In this document: positions 39,904 to 49,247 of the stretch, in pieces
Numbering within the stretch: position 1 is the stretch's first letter
How the letters are laid out: each line of letters opens with the position of its first letter
Origin: Myxococcota bacterium
Lineage (GTDB): Bacteria; Myxococcota_A; UBA9160; JAFDDA01
Direction: 5' to 3'
Length of the DNA: 64,000 bases
NCBI GenBank assembly: GCA_965228475.1
Contig: OZ245817.1
Location: 1,024,001 to 1,088,000 of the forward strand
Position numbers and translations under genes: made by a program
Notes under the pieces: generated by a model
Seen by the model: only the letters and a program-made list of their open reading frames with translations
Databases searched by the model: none
What the model was told of the DNA's origin: nothing

Positions 39904-39980
39904 TCCCACGCCTGCGCGTCGTCTCGATTCCATCGAAGAGCCTGAACCTCCTGCTGGCAACCGCAGGCATCCATCGATCC

Positions 39981-40041
39981 TACGGCCCGTGGGAACCGCG
40001 GTGACCTGTGTCCGGCGTCACCGATCCGTCGCCGGCCCGTA
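39981..40041. promoter_or_regulatory. Back-to-back ECF-type promoter motifs
   Basis: Minus GTCACC-N15-CGTA (40005-39981) and plus GTCACC-N15-CGTA (40017-40041). Confidence 0.8.
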
Positions 40042-40072
40042 TTCCCGCCCAACTGGAGAGGGAGAGAGTGCC

Positions 40073-41380
40073 ATGGAAGCCGCGGATGTCTTCGAGGATG
40101 CAGTCAGCCGTCTGGTTCGGATCGGAGAAGATGCCGGCCTGAACTCGGAGACCCTCGCCGCATTGCAGCGTCCGCAGTCGCTCCACGAGGCGACTCTACC
40201 GGTCCGGATGGACGACGGGGGCACGCGCCACTTCCAGGCCTTCCGCTGCCGCTACAGCGACGTCCTGGGCCCGGCCAAGGGCGGGATCCGCTTCCATCCG
40301 AAGGTGAGCTCCGCCGAGGTCCGGGCGCTGGCGCTCTGGATGACGCTCAAGTGCGCCGTCGTCGGGATTCCGTTCGGAGGCGGCAAGGGCGGGGTCGTCG
40401 TCGATCCCAAGGGGCTGTCGCGTCTCGAGCTCGAGCGGCTCTCGCGCGCCTACATGCGGGCCATGGCCGACGTGGTGGGCCCCGATCGGGACGTCCCGGC
40501 GCCCGACGTCTACACGAACGAGCGGATCATGGGCTGGATGGCGGACGAGTACGAAGAGATCCGCCGGGCCAAGGCCCCGGCCGTCATCACGGGGAAGCCC
40601 ATCGAGCTCGGCGGGAGCCTGGGGCGCGACGAAGCGACGGGCCGCGGCGCCTTCCTCGTGCTTCAGGATCTGGCCAAGCGGCGCGGGCTTAGCCCCGGCG
40701 ATACGCGGATTGCCATCCAGGGGTTCGGAAACGCCGGCTCGCAGGTCGGACGTCTTCTCCAGGGCGCGGGCTATCGCGTGATCGCCGTCTCCGATTCCAA
40801 GGGCGGCGTGTTCGCGGGCGATGGCCTCGACGTCGAAGCGCTGCACCGGGAGAAGCAGGCGAGCTGCGGGCTGGGCGGCGTCTACTGCGAAGCCTCGGTC
40901 CGGAGCTGCTGTGGGCCCGCCAACGTGGAGCCGATCTCCAATGCCGATCTCCTGGAGCTTGACGTGGATGTCCTGATTCCGGCCGCGCTCGAGGGCGTGA
41001 TCGGCCAGGAGAACGTCGAGCGCGTGAGGGCACCGATCGTCCTCGAGGTTGCGAATGGGCCGGTCCGCAGCGAGGTCGACGCCCGCTTGGACGAGCGGGG
41101 AATCCTCGTCGTTCCCGACGTCCTCGCCAACGCCGGCGGCGTGGTCGTCAGCTACTTCGAGTGGGTCCAGAACCGACAGGGCCTGTCGTGGGGCCTCCCC
41201 GAGGTCCGGGACCGTCTGCGATCGGTGCTGGCCGAGGCCTTCGAGGTCGTGTGGGACTGTTGGCAGGCGGAGGGCGGCTCCATGCGACGAGCCGCCTACG
41301 TGACGTCACTGCGCCGTCTCGAAGCCGCACTCGCCGCGCACGGAGCGCGCGAGTACTTCGTCGAGCCGGTTCGCCGATGA
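40073..41380 (+). CDS. gdhA: Glu/Leu/Phe/Val dehydrogenase (glutamate dehydrogenase-like)
   Basis: GPAKGGIRFHP, MTLKCA, GGGKGG, DVPAPD, QGFGNAG, EVANGP, NAGGVVVSYFEWVQN. Confidence 0.94.
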   Translation: MEAADVFEDAVSRLVRIGEDAGLNSETLAALQRPQSLHEATLPVRMDDGGTRHFQAFRCRYSDVLGPAKGGIRFHPKVSSAEVRALALWMTLKCAVVGIPFGGGKGGVVVDPKGLSRLELERLSRAYMRAMADVVGPDRDVPAPDVYTNERIMGWMADEYEEIRRAKAPAVITGKPIELGGSLGRDEATGRGAFLVLQDLAKRRGLSPGDTRIAIQGFGNAGSQVGRLLQGAGYRVIAVSDSKGGVFAGDGLDVEALHREKQASCGLGGVYCEASVRSCCGPANVEPISNADLLELDVDVLIPAALEGVIGQENVERVRAPIVLEVANGPVRSEVDARLDERGILVVPDVLANAGGVVVSYFEWVQNRQGLSWGLPEVRDRLRSVLAEAFEVVWDCWQAEGGSMRRAAYVTSLRRLEAALAAHGAREYFVEPVRR

Positions 41381-41399
41381 GCGCCGGTGACAGCGATCG

Positions 41400-42107
41400 A
41401 TGAACGTCGCGATGGACGACGAGCGCGTACCGTCGGTGGTCCGAGAGAGCGTCCGCACCGGCATCTTCCAGGCCATCCGCCGGGACGTGGAGCTGCGCGG
41501 CGGGCGGACGGCCCACCTGCTGCTCATGGCGGCCGCCCTCGGCGTCGCCGGTGCCGTCGGCGTAACGGCCCTGGTCTCGGGCCACCCCTTCGATCACCAT
41601 CCCCCTTGGCATGTGACGGTCGTCAGCTCGGTATGGGCTGGTCTCCTGTTCGTGAGCTTCGCGGTCGTCCTGCTCGAAATCCGTACGCCACGATTGCAGC
41701 TCGCGAAATCCGCTGCCGTAGGGATCCTCGGCCTCGGGGTCGCCGGCCTCTGCGGTGCCGCCTGCCCGGACCCTCACTTTCTGATCTGGTGGTCCACCAC
41801 GCCCGTAGGGGACGCGGCGGCCCGCGCCGGGGGGCCCGCGGCGAGTGCGTTCTGTCTCGGCCTGCTCAGCACGGCGGGTTTCGCCACGGTCGCCGCGTTC
41901 GTCGTGCTTGGCCCCGCCGGTTGGGACCGGTCGACGCGGCTGCTCTCGGCGGCCTTCCTACTCCTGCTCCTGCTGCCCGGCGTGGCACTCCAGTCCGTCG
42001 GGGCGTCGTGGCTCAGCTTCGCCGCGTGGGCAATCGGAGCGGGGGGCGGTGCAATCGTGGGAGTCGGGGTCGGCCACCGCACGCGAGTTCGGCTGGTCGC
42101 CCAATAG
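41400..42107 (+). CDS. Membrane protein, putative anti-sigma factor, orphan paralog of 59960-60670
   Basis: Shares [22 protein letters not shown], CGAxCPDxHFL and PGVALQS with 59960-60670. Confidence 0.7.
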   Translation: MNVAMDDERVPSVVRESVRTGIFQAIRRDVELRGGRTAHLLLMAAALGVAGAVGVTALVSGHPFDHHPPWHVTVVSSVWAGLLFVSFAVVLLEIRTPRLQLAKSAAVGILGLGVAGLCGAACPDPHFLIWWSTTPVGDAAARAGGPAASAFCLGLLSTAGFATVAAFVVLGPAGWDRSTRLLSAAFLLLLLLPGVALQSVGASWLSFAAWAIGAGGGAIVGVGVGHRTRVRLVAQ

Positions 42108-42121
42108 GAGAGGGGCACGTC

Positions 42122-42838
42122 ATGTCACGGTCCATTCAATGGCTTCTCGTCGTCGTTGCGGGCATCTGGATCGGCTGTGCCGACCCGGTCGCCGAGCCAC
42201 GGGCCGATGGTGTCGTTGCCGAGCGGCATCGACGTGAAGCGGAAGCCCATTCGGAGGATGCCGAGGCCCATTCGAGGCGGTACGACCCCCGGGCAGGAGC
42301 TCCGAGCTACGGGGGGGCGGGCCCTTCTTCCGGCACCTGGACCCCCGACGGAGACTGGGAAGACGACCGGGACTGGAACGACGACTTGTACTGGGACATG
42401 CAGCAGTACAACCCCAGCATCCGGCATGCGCTCGAGGCCGAGGAGCACGAGCGGCGCGCGCGCGAGCATCTCGAGGTCGCACGCGAGCTGGAAGCCTTCG
42501 AGCGCCGCGAGTGCAGGGCCTTCCCTGTCGAGACGCGCGCGCTCTGCCCCTTGCTGGGACCGATCGAATCCGTCGAAGAGATCGCGGGCGGAGTTCGCCT
42601 CCACCTGGCGGCCGACGTCGACGTGAACGCCGTCGTCGCGCACATGCGCTGTCACGTGGCTTTCGCCCGGACTCGAGACCACATCGGAATGGATCAGTGC
42701 CCGCTCTATCTCGAGAGCGTCCGAGTCAAGCGGCTGGCCCGAACGCGGAGCGTCGATCTGCTCGCTTCCGGAAAAGCGGCCATCCGGGAGCTCCGACGCA
42801 GGGCACGCACCCATGTTCGACGCGGGAGCGCGCGGTGA
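42122..42838 (+). CDS. Putative lipoprotein, His/Cys-containing hypothetical
   Basis: Signal ending IWIG-C; HMRCH and CPL motifs; AGGAG upstream. Confidence 0.7.
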   Translation: MSRSIQWLLVVVAGIWIGCADPVAEPRADGVVAERHRREAEAHSEDAEAHSRRYDPRAGAPSYGGAGPSSGTWTPDGDWEDDRDWNDDLYWDMQQYNPSIRHALEAEEHERRAREHLEVARELEAFERRECRAFPVETRALCPLLGPIESVEEIAGGVRLHLAADVDVNAVVAHMRCHVAFARTRDHIGMDQCPLYLESVRVKRLARTRSVDLLASGKAAIRELRRRARTHVRRGSAR

Positions 42839-43896
42839 TGTCTCGACGCCGAGCGAGCCTCGGGTTGTTGGGCGCCTGGGCTTTGACGGTCTCGGCCCCT
42901 GTCCTCGCCGCCGACGCCTCGGCTGATCCCGATCTGACGACCGCCTACCAGCAGGTGGCTCGCTCGGTGGCGATGGTCGTAGTGCGCGGCGTGCGTCCCA
43001 CGCTCGACCCGCCCGGGCCGATGCTGGCGCGGACCGAGTGGAGCGGAAGCGGCTTCGCGATCCAACCCGGCCTCGTGGTCACGAACTACCATGTGATCGA
43101 GCACGCGATGGCCATCGAGGTGCATCTCCGCAATGGGCGCTCGGCCCGGGCCCGCGTCGTCGGAACCGCTCCGGGCCTCGATCTCGCGCTGCTTGCCGTC
43201 GGGTTCGACGAAGAGGATCTGGCTCCCGTCTCGGTCCGGTCGGGGGCTCGCCTCGAGATCGGGCAGACCGTGGTCGCGGTCAGCCATCCACTCGGGCTCC
43301 AGCACTCGGTGAGCGCCGGTGTCGTCAGCGGCTTGAGGCGGGAGCTGCCCGGGACGGAGCTCGGCTCGAACCTCATTCAGTTCGACGCTGCGATCAACCC
43401 CGGCCAGAGCGGAGGGCCTCTCGTGGACAGCGACGGCCGGGTTGTGGGCGTGACCACGGCCAAGGTTCTCGAAGCGGAGGGCATAGGGCTGGCGATTCCG
43501 ATCGACGTCGTGGAGGCGGTGGTGCCGGACCTGGTGCGGATGGGCCACCCACTCCGGCACCAGGTCGGAATCAGCGGAGTCACCATCGACCCCGACCTGG
43601 CAGTCCTCTTCGACATCCCGGTCGATTGGGGTTTCCTGGTCGAGCGCGTGGAAGAGGGGAGTCTCGCCGAGGGGATCGGCCTGCGACATGGAGAACGGAT
43701 CGTTCACCTCGGGGGGCATTCGTTCGTCCTGGGCGGGGACATCATCGTTGCGATCGGCGAGGAGTTGATTCGTGGTCCCGGTGACCTGTTGCGAATCCTG
43801 AGTACGCTGAGAGAAGGCGAGACCCTTCAGCTCGAGGTGCTCGGCGCGACGGGGCACCGAACCGTGGCTCTCGAGCTTCCTCCCATGGAACACTAG
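42838..43896 (+). CDS. HtrA/DegP-like serine protease with PDZ domain
   Basis: GSGF, TNYHV, DLALL, DAAINPGQSGGPL; C-terminal GDIIVAI; TGATG coupling. Confidence 0.92.
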   Translation: MSRRRASLGLLGAWALTVSAPVLAADASADPDLTTAYQQVARSVAMVVVRGVRPTLDPPGPMLARTEWSGSGFAIQPGLVVTNYHVIEHAMAIEVHLRNGRSARARVVGTAPGLDLALLAVGFDEEDLAPVSVRSGARLEIGQTVVAVSHPLGLQHSVSAGVVSGLRRELPGTELGSNLIQFDAAINPGQSGGPLVDSDGRVVGVTTAKVLEAEGIGLAIPIDVVEAVVPDLVRMGHPLRHQVGISGVTIDPDLAVLFDIPVDWGFLVERVEEGSLAEGIGLRHGERIVHLGGHSFVLGGDIIVAIGEELIRGPGDLLRILSTLREGETLQLEVLGATGHRTVALELPPMEH

Positions 43897-43900
43897 CGCT

Positions 43901-44335
43901 GTGTGGCTGCGTGGAGTTCGAAGGTACATGGGCGCATCCGTCGTGGGGAACCTCGTCTGGGAGACGGCTCACGTCCCTCTCTACACCCTGTGGACGGAGG
44001 GCTCTCCGAGCCAGATCGCCTTCGCCGTTCTGCACTGTACCGGCGGCGACATTCTCATCGCACTGTCCTGCCTGATGGGTGCTCTCGTGCTCGTGGGCAA
44101 CTCGCGGTGGCCAGCAGAGCGTTTCCTTCCGGTCGCCGGGTTCGCGATGGTGTCCGGCCTGCTTTACACGGTCTTCAGCGAGTGGCTGAACGTCGAACTC
44201 CGGCAGTCGTGGGCGTATGCGCCTTCGATGCCGACGCTCCCGCCCCTCGGGACGGGGCTCACGCCAGTCCTCCAATGGGTCGTCGTTCCGTCTGTCGCCT
44301 TGGCGTTCGTCCGGCGCGCGCAGCGGCCCGCGTGA
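43901..44335 (+). CDS. Hypothetical membrane protein
   Basis: Four hydrophobic segments; NLVWETAHVPLY, HCTGGD, SEWLNV. Confidence 0.7.
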   Translation: MWLRGVRRYMGASVVGNLVWETAHVPLYTLWTEGSPSQIAFAVLHCTGGDILIALSCLMGALVLVGNSRWPAERFLPVAGFAMVSGLLYTVFSEWLNVELRQSWAYAPSMPTLPPLGTGLTPVLQWVVVPSVALAFVRRAQRPA

Positions 44336-44349
44336 GAGGCGACGCTCGG

Positions 44350-44850
44350 CTAGTGCCCGTGAGAGTTGGCGCCTGGAAGGCTGCCTCCCGGGTACTGAGC
44401 CGCGATCATGCGCAGAGCGCGGTCGATCCGCTTCAGGTCGGCGAGCAGAATGCGCTCGTCGCCGCTGTCGGCAACCTCGACGAGGTGCTCCGAGATCTTC
44501 GACAGCTGGATGGCGCCGCTTCTGGCGCGCGTTCGTTTCGCCCCCGATGGATCGGCCGTCACCCGCTGGAGTACCAGCGCGAGCGGCCCGATCTTCCGAG
44601 CGGCCGCTCGAATCCGGGCGGGCCTCTTCGTAGCGATCCCGTCTTCGATCTCACCCCGTGCGGTCAGGAGATCGCGCCAGGCCCCCAAGAACTCGGGCGG
44701 AGGCTCGGGAACGGGCGAAGGGGCGCTCCCCGCGGAGCCTCCCCCAGGGCTGCCGTGGGCCATCGCAGCCCCAGGCAGGAGGGCAAGAGCTGCCATCGCC
44801 GCGCAGACTGCGGAAAGAACCGGACGCTCGGCCACCCTTCTCTTCATCAC
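44350..44850 (-). CDS. Secreted helical-bundle protein, homologous to the N-domain of 57443-58330
   Basis: Signal ending AMA-HG; GAWRDL...KRTR...QL...ADSGD...LKRID...AQYP. Confidence 0.75.
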   Translation of the reverse strand: MMKRRVAERPVLSAVCAAMAALALLPGAAMAHGSPGGGSAGSAPSPVPEPPPEFLGAWRDLLTARGEIEDGIATKRPARIRAAARKIGPLALVLQRVTADPSGAKRTRARSGAIQLSKISEHLVEVADSGDERILLADLKRIDRALRMIAAQYPGGSLPGANSHGH

Positions 44851-44896
44851 GTGTTCGACGTCCTGTCGTCGGAGGATTCGTTCACCATGGACCCAC

Positions 44897-44921
44897 TACG
44901 ACTGGCGAAGGCAATGGTGAC
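44897..44921 (-). promoter_or_regulatory. ECF-type promoter motif
   Basis: GTCACC-N15-CGTA on the minus strand. Confidence 0.78.
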
Positions 44922-44954
44922 AGCCGCGACGAGTGGTCTCGAACGGAGCAACCG

Positions 44955-45491
44955 ATGAAGCGTCGAATCCAACGCCGTCAGGCCCAGCTGCGTCGTTCGC
45001 ACGCGGCGCGCCACACTGGAGCCGCACAGAACCGACTTCTCTGGCTTCTCGTCGGGGGATCTGTCGTGATCGCGGTGGTGACGATTGCGGTCTGGTACTC
45101 GACTCGCCAAGAACAGGGGGTCGTCGTCGATCCGACGCCCGTGACGCCAGAGCGCATCTCCCAGGGAGAGAAGGTGTACGCCGACCATTGTGCCTCCTGC
45201 CACGGCGCCGACCTCGAGGGACAGCCAGATTGGAAGAACCGGCTGCCGAGCGGGGCGTATCCTGCGCCACCTCACGATGAGACCGGTCACACCTGGCACC
45301 ACCCGGACGAGTTCCTGTTCGACGTCGTCAAGCGCGGAGGGCAGCCCACCGCGCCTAGGGGTTTCGTGAGCGCGATGCCTGCGTTCGGCGACGTCCTCTC
45401 GGATGACGAGATCTGGGCCGTGCTCGCGTTCATCAAGAGCCGCTGGTCCGACGATGCCAGGAAGTGGCAGCGACTTCAGTCGCGGCGCTGA
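44955..45491 (+). CDS. Membrane-anchored monoheme cytochrome c
   Basis: TM helix, CASCH, PAPPHDETGHTWHH, MPAF. Confidence 0.9.
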   Translation: MKRRIQRRQAQLRRSHAARHTGAAQNRLLWLLVGGSVVIAVVTIAVWYSTRQEQGVVVDPTPVTPERISQGEKVYADHCASCHGADLEGQPDWKNRLPSGAYPAPPHDETGHTWHHPDEFLFDVVKRGGQPTAPRGFVSAMPAFGDVLSDDEIWAVLAFIKSRWSDDARKWQRLQSRR

Positions 45492-45507
45492 AGGGTGCAG
45501 CCTCAGC

Positions 45508-46719
45508 CTAGGGAGTCGCCGAGAAGACCTCCCGTGGCTGGGAGATTCCCTTCAGTTCACGACGACCCAGAGTTTCGTAGTCGCCACCTTCTCGGCGAAC
45601 GAAATCCTCCGACGCCACGATCCCTGAAGGGGCGCGCTTGCTCAGTGATTCGATTCGTGTCACGAGGTTGACGGCCGGACCGATCACCGTGAAGTCCAGC
45701 CGATCCGATGCCCCCACGTTCCCGAACAGCACGTCACCCACGTGGAGAGCCACGCCGCAAGCAAGATCGAAGTCCGGCTCCTTCCGGCGTCGATCCGCCA
45801 TGGCGCGTTGGGCCTCGCGCGCGACCCGCAGCGCCCGACGGGCCGTCGGGCAGGCGCGGCGGTGACCGACCGGGCACGGGAAGACCGCGAGCAAGCCGTC
45901 GCCGATGAACTTCAGGATCTCGCCTCCAGCGGCCTGGACGGGGCGCGCGATCGTTTCGAAGTACCGGTCGAGGAGATCGGTCAAACGCGGAACCGCCGTC
46001 TCCTCGGAGAGCGGAGTGAAGTCCCGAAGGTCCGAGTAGAAGAGAACCGCGTGGATCATCTCGGATTCGCCGCGGCGGATGGAGCCGCGAAGTACGCTTT
46101 CGGCCGCGCTCTTCCCCAAGTAGGTGCGAAGGAGGGTTCGTACCAGAGCCCGTGTCTCGTGGAGGTCGGCGGCGGGCGCGAAGGCGTCCGTCGCGCGGCG
46201 CAAGCTCGCTAGGTTCGCCTTCGAGAAGCCCTCAGGTCGCTGCGTTCCGAGCACGAGGGCGGCCGGCCCCTGGACCCACCTCGGAACCGGCGCGATCAGG
46301 AAGTGGGTGATTCCGTGGGCCTTCAGGTCTCGCACCAGGGCATCGTCTCGCGGCTCCGGGGTTGCGATCAAGTGGCGGTCGATTGCCGAGAGACCGCTCC
46401 ACATCTGCGAGACGAGCACGTCGTCTTGTTTCGAGCTCGGCTCTCGCTTCTCGGCCCGCCGCACGGCCCGGCCGGCGGTCCGTGTCCATTTGTAGGTTCG
46501 CGTCTCCGGCGTGGGGCTGAGGTGCAGGGAGTGCATGGAGAGCCAGTCCACTTCGATCCCGGCGTCCTGCAAAGCCCCGGCGAAACCCTCGAGAAGCTCC
46601 CCGAGATCCTCTACCAACCCCGCGCGCGTGAGCATCCATTCGCGAACACTCGGGGTCCCCGGCCCCACTAGGGCGTCTCCGGATCCCGCTCCAGAGCCTT
46701 CGCCTCGGCCGCGTGCCAC
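45508..46719 (-). CDS. Class III adenylate/guanylate cyclase with N-terminal sensory-like region
   Basis: FYSDLRDFT, KFIGDGLLAVF, GNVG, DFTVIGPAVNLVTRIE; start uncertain. Confidence 0.9.
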   Translation of the reverse strand: MARGRGEGSGAGSGDALVGPGTPSVREWMLTRAGLVEDLGELLEGFAGALQDAGIEVDWLSMHSLHLSPTPETRTYKWTRTAGRAVRRAEKREPSSKQDDVLVSQMWSGLSAIDRHLIATPEPRDDALVRDLKAHGITHFLIAPVPRWVQGPAALVLGTQRPEGFSKANLASLRRATDAFAPAADLHETRALVRTLLRTYLGKSAAESVLRGSIRRGESEMIHAVLFYSDLRDFTPLSEETAVPRLTDLLDRYFETIARPVQAAGGEILKFIGDGLLAVFPCPVGHRRACPTARRALRVAREAQRAMADRRRKEPDFDLACGVALHVGDVLFGNVGASDRLDFTVIGPAVNLVTRIESLSKRAPSGIVASEDFVRREGGDYETLGRRELKGISQPREVFSATP

Positions 46720-47348
46720 GCTGCCGCCTTCTCGGCGGCACGAGCGCGACGCCGCGCGTCGTTCGCGCCCTGTAGGTCGCCGTTCGCTTCCAGGAGATCG
46801 GCGAACTGCGAGCGGGCGCGGGAAATCTCCCTCTCCATTCCGGCGATCCTCCGGTGGTGGTCCACCAGACGCCTCAGATCCCCGCCCGTAGGTCCCGCGG
46901 TCTCCGAAACGACGATCTTGCCCCGCATCTCGCGACCTCCCGGGACAGGCCGCGGTGGGCGCGTGGCCGTGTCGAGCTGCTCGACCACGTAGCCGTAGGT
47001 GCCAGGCTCCAGGAGGCAGAGGCTCGCCGCTTCGAGCGGTTGCACGGGGCTGGCGACGAGATAACCCTCCAGCGCAAGCCGGAAATGCGAAGGCTCACGA
47101 CATCGCACCCGGGTCGAGGCGTCCGGCTCGAGCCGGATGCGAACGGGGGTCCGGGCGTAGTTGAGCCACACGATCGCGTCCCGGGTCGTGGCGAGGCGGA
47201 TGCCGGGATCCAGATCCGTTCGCGAGACCCGAACCGTGACGTGATCACGGCCTGCATGCTCGTGTCGATCTTCGGAGCTAGCCGCCGCGCTGGGTCCCGT
47301 GGCGACGGCCGCGAGCAGGAGCACGACGATCCAACGCTTCCGTTCCAT
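46668..47348 (-). CDS. Secreted hypothetical protein (cupredoxin-like beta region plus helical tail)
   Basis: Signal peptide, HEHAGRDH, IVWLN, EPGTYGYVV, RGKIVV; GGAGG upstream. Confidence 0.65.
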   Translation of the reverse strand: MERKRWIVVLLLAAVATGPSAAASSEDRHEHAGRDHVTVRVSRTDLDPGIRLATTRDAIVWLNYARTPVRIRLEPDASTRVRCREPSHFRLALEGYLVASPVQPLEAASLCLLEPGTYGYVVEQLDTATRPPRPVPGGREMRGKIVVSETAGPTGGDLRRLVDHHRRIAGMEREISRARSQFADLLEANGDLQGANDARRRARAAEKAAAWHAAEAKALERDPETP

Positions 47349-47374
47349 CCCAGCCTCCACGTGCAATCACCACT

Positions 47375-47404
47375 GCCGGCCCGGCCTTGGGGCGCCGGGC
47401 CGGC
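47375..47404. repeat. Intergenic GC-rich hairpin
   Basis: GCCGGCCCGGC-cttggggc-GCCGGGCCGGC, 11-bp perfect stem, no U-tract. Confidence 0.7.
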
Positions 47405-47411
47405 CAGGGCG

Positions 47412-47759
47412 CTAGCGCTTCTTCGCCTCTGCCTCGTGGAGCTCCGCCAGGGCCTCGTACTCCTCGGCCATGCCGGCGTATCGATCCGAGATGCTCTGGC
47501 AGTGCTGCTTCATGCGAGCGCGCTGAACGTGCTTTCCACCCCCGTAGGTCATGCCCATCCGTTCGTGGCGCTCCCGCTCCTGGCGCGCTTCCTCGGCCTT
47601 CGCGCGGTAGTGCTTCGCGAGTGCCATGTGCTGGGCCGGCGTCTCGGCCATCTCGACCACGAGCTGTTCGAGGGAGTGGCCGTCTTCGCCCGCGCTAGCG
47701 ATCCCGCCGGGAGCGACCAGGGCCAACACGAACAGGGTTGCAACGATCTTCTTTGCCAT
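47412..47759 (-). CDS. Secreted small helical His/Met-containing protein
   Basis: Signal ending ASA; ETPAQHMALAKHY...HERM...MKQHC...LAELH; AAGGA RBS. Confidence 0.8.
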   Translation of the reverse strand: MAKKIVATLFVLALVAPGGIASAGEDGHSLEQLVVEMAETPAQHMALAKHYRAKAEEARQERERHERMGMTYGGGKHVQRARMKQHCQSISDRYAGMAEEYEALAELHEAEAKKR

Positions 47760-47826
47760 CAGAATTCCTTTCGATCTTCCGCCCACCCAGGCGCGCACCG
47801 TACGGTAGGGGGGCGGCAGCGAGTAG

Positions 47827-47851
47827 TACGGGAGCCCGCGGCGCAGGTGAC
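47827..47851 (-). promoter_or_regulatory. ECF-type promoter motif
   Basis: GTCACC-N15-CGTA on the minus strand. Confidence 0.78.
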
Positions 47852-47871
47852 GCACGTGCCGATTCGTCGCC

Positions 47872-49098
47872 CTACCTCGCGCCAGGGGGCCACGTCGCCC
47901 GCAAGAGGCCGGGGCCGAGAAGCGTCGTCGCGGTGATGACTAGAACCAGGGCGCTGAAGAGATCCGGTGCCAGGATGCGCTCGGCGAGGCCGACCTGAGC
48001 GAAGATCAGCCCGACTTCGCCACGGGGGACGAGGGCGCTTCCAACGGCGAGTCGAGGCGCCTCTAGCCCTCGGACGAGACAGGGTGCTGCCAGCTTGCCG
48101 GCCACGGCCGCGACGGTCAGGAGGCCTGCGAGCCCGAGCATCGCTCGCCCCTCGGCCGTGGCCCACGACAAGGCGTCGAACGAGATCGAAGCTCCGACGA
48201 GGACGAAGAAGACCGGTGTGAAGAGCTCGATCAAGGGCTCGAGCTCCGACGTGATCCACTCGCGCTCGGGGTGGCGAGCAAGCGCGACGCCCGCGGCGTA
48301 GGCGCCGATGATCATCTCGAGCCCCGAAGCTTCGGCCGCCGCAGCGGTCAGCAGCAGGGCGCTGAAGACCAGCACGAGGAGCGAAGTCCGCGCGCCGGTC
48401 CACCGAGTCAGCCAAAGACTCGCCCGGGCGATCGACCGCCCGGCCAGAAGGGCGAGGATCAAGAATGTCGCGGCCCGCGCCACCGCGGTGACCACTTCCA
48501 TGGGGATGTTGGTGGAGGACTGGCCCAGCCCGATCAGCGCGGCCAGGAGAACGAGTCCGACAACGTCGTCGATGACCGACGCCCCGAGGATCAGCGTGCT
48601 CGTCCGGCTCGCGCCTGCCCCGAGTTCCTCGAGGACGGAGGCGGTGACCCCGATGCTCGTTGCCGTGAGCGTCGCGCCGACGAAGATCGCCGGGATCGTT
48701 GGCAAGCCCAGCAACAGGGCTGCCAGGGTGCCGAGAAGGAGCGGCGCGAGCATCCCGAAGGCGGCGAGCAGGAATGCCGGACGCGCGACCCGGCGTGCAT
48801 CGTCGAGGCGAGTCTCGAGACCGATCCGGAAAAGCAGGACGCACAGCCCGATCTGCGCGAGATCGGGAAGCGCAGATCCGCTGTCGCCGTGAGCCCCATC
48901 CGTCACGAGCCCCAAAACGGCAGGGCCCAGACAGACGCCCGCAAGAAGATGCCCGACGACTGCGGGAAGCTTCGCGCGGCGGGCCAGCGCCCCGAACAGC
49001 ATTGCTGTCAGGAGGATCACGGGTAGCAACCAGTGGAGTCCCACGAGTCCCTCCGACGCCGAGAGCGCAAGGATCCGCCCATTGGCGGTCGACCCCAT
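47872..49098 (-). CDS. Cation:proton antiporter (CPA2 family)
   Basis: LLFRIGLET, TATSIGVT, GASVIDDVVG, PRGEVGLIFA; start uncertain. Confidence 0.9.
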   Translation of the reverse strand: MGSTANGRILALSASEGLVGLHWLLPVILLTAMLFGALARRAKLPAVVGHLLAGVCLGPAVLGLVTDGAHGDSGSALPDLAQIGLCVLLFRIGLETRLDDARRVARPAFLLAAFGMLAPLLLGTLAALLLGLPTIPAIFVGATLTATSIGVTASVLEELGAGASRTSTLILGASVIDDVVGLVLLAALIGLGQSSTNIPMEVVTAVARAATFLILALLAGRSIARASLWLTRWTGARTSLLVLVFSALLLTAAAAEASGLEMIIGAYAAGVALARHPEREWITSELEPLIELFTPVFFVLVGASISFDALSWATAEGRAMLGLAGLLTVAAVAGKLAAPCLVRGLEAPRLAVGSALVPRGEVGLIFAQVGLAERILAPDLFSALVLVITATTLLGPGLLRATWPPGAR

Positions 49099-49186
49099 GC
49101 GCCGAGGCCAGGATACACATCGAGCTGAAGTCGAAGCGTTCGACCCTGCGGCCGATCGACATACTCCGGATTTTTCTTGCGCCCCG

Positions 49187-49211
49187 GTCACCCCGTCACG
49201 GCTGGTCCGTA
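49187..49211 (+). promoter_or_regulatory. ECF-type promoter motif
   Basis: GTCACC-N15-CGTA. Confidence 0.78.
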
Positions 49212-49247
49212 TTTTGTTTACGGGGGCCCGAACTGGGGAGGGGCAAG

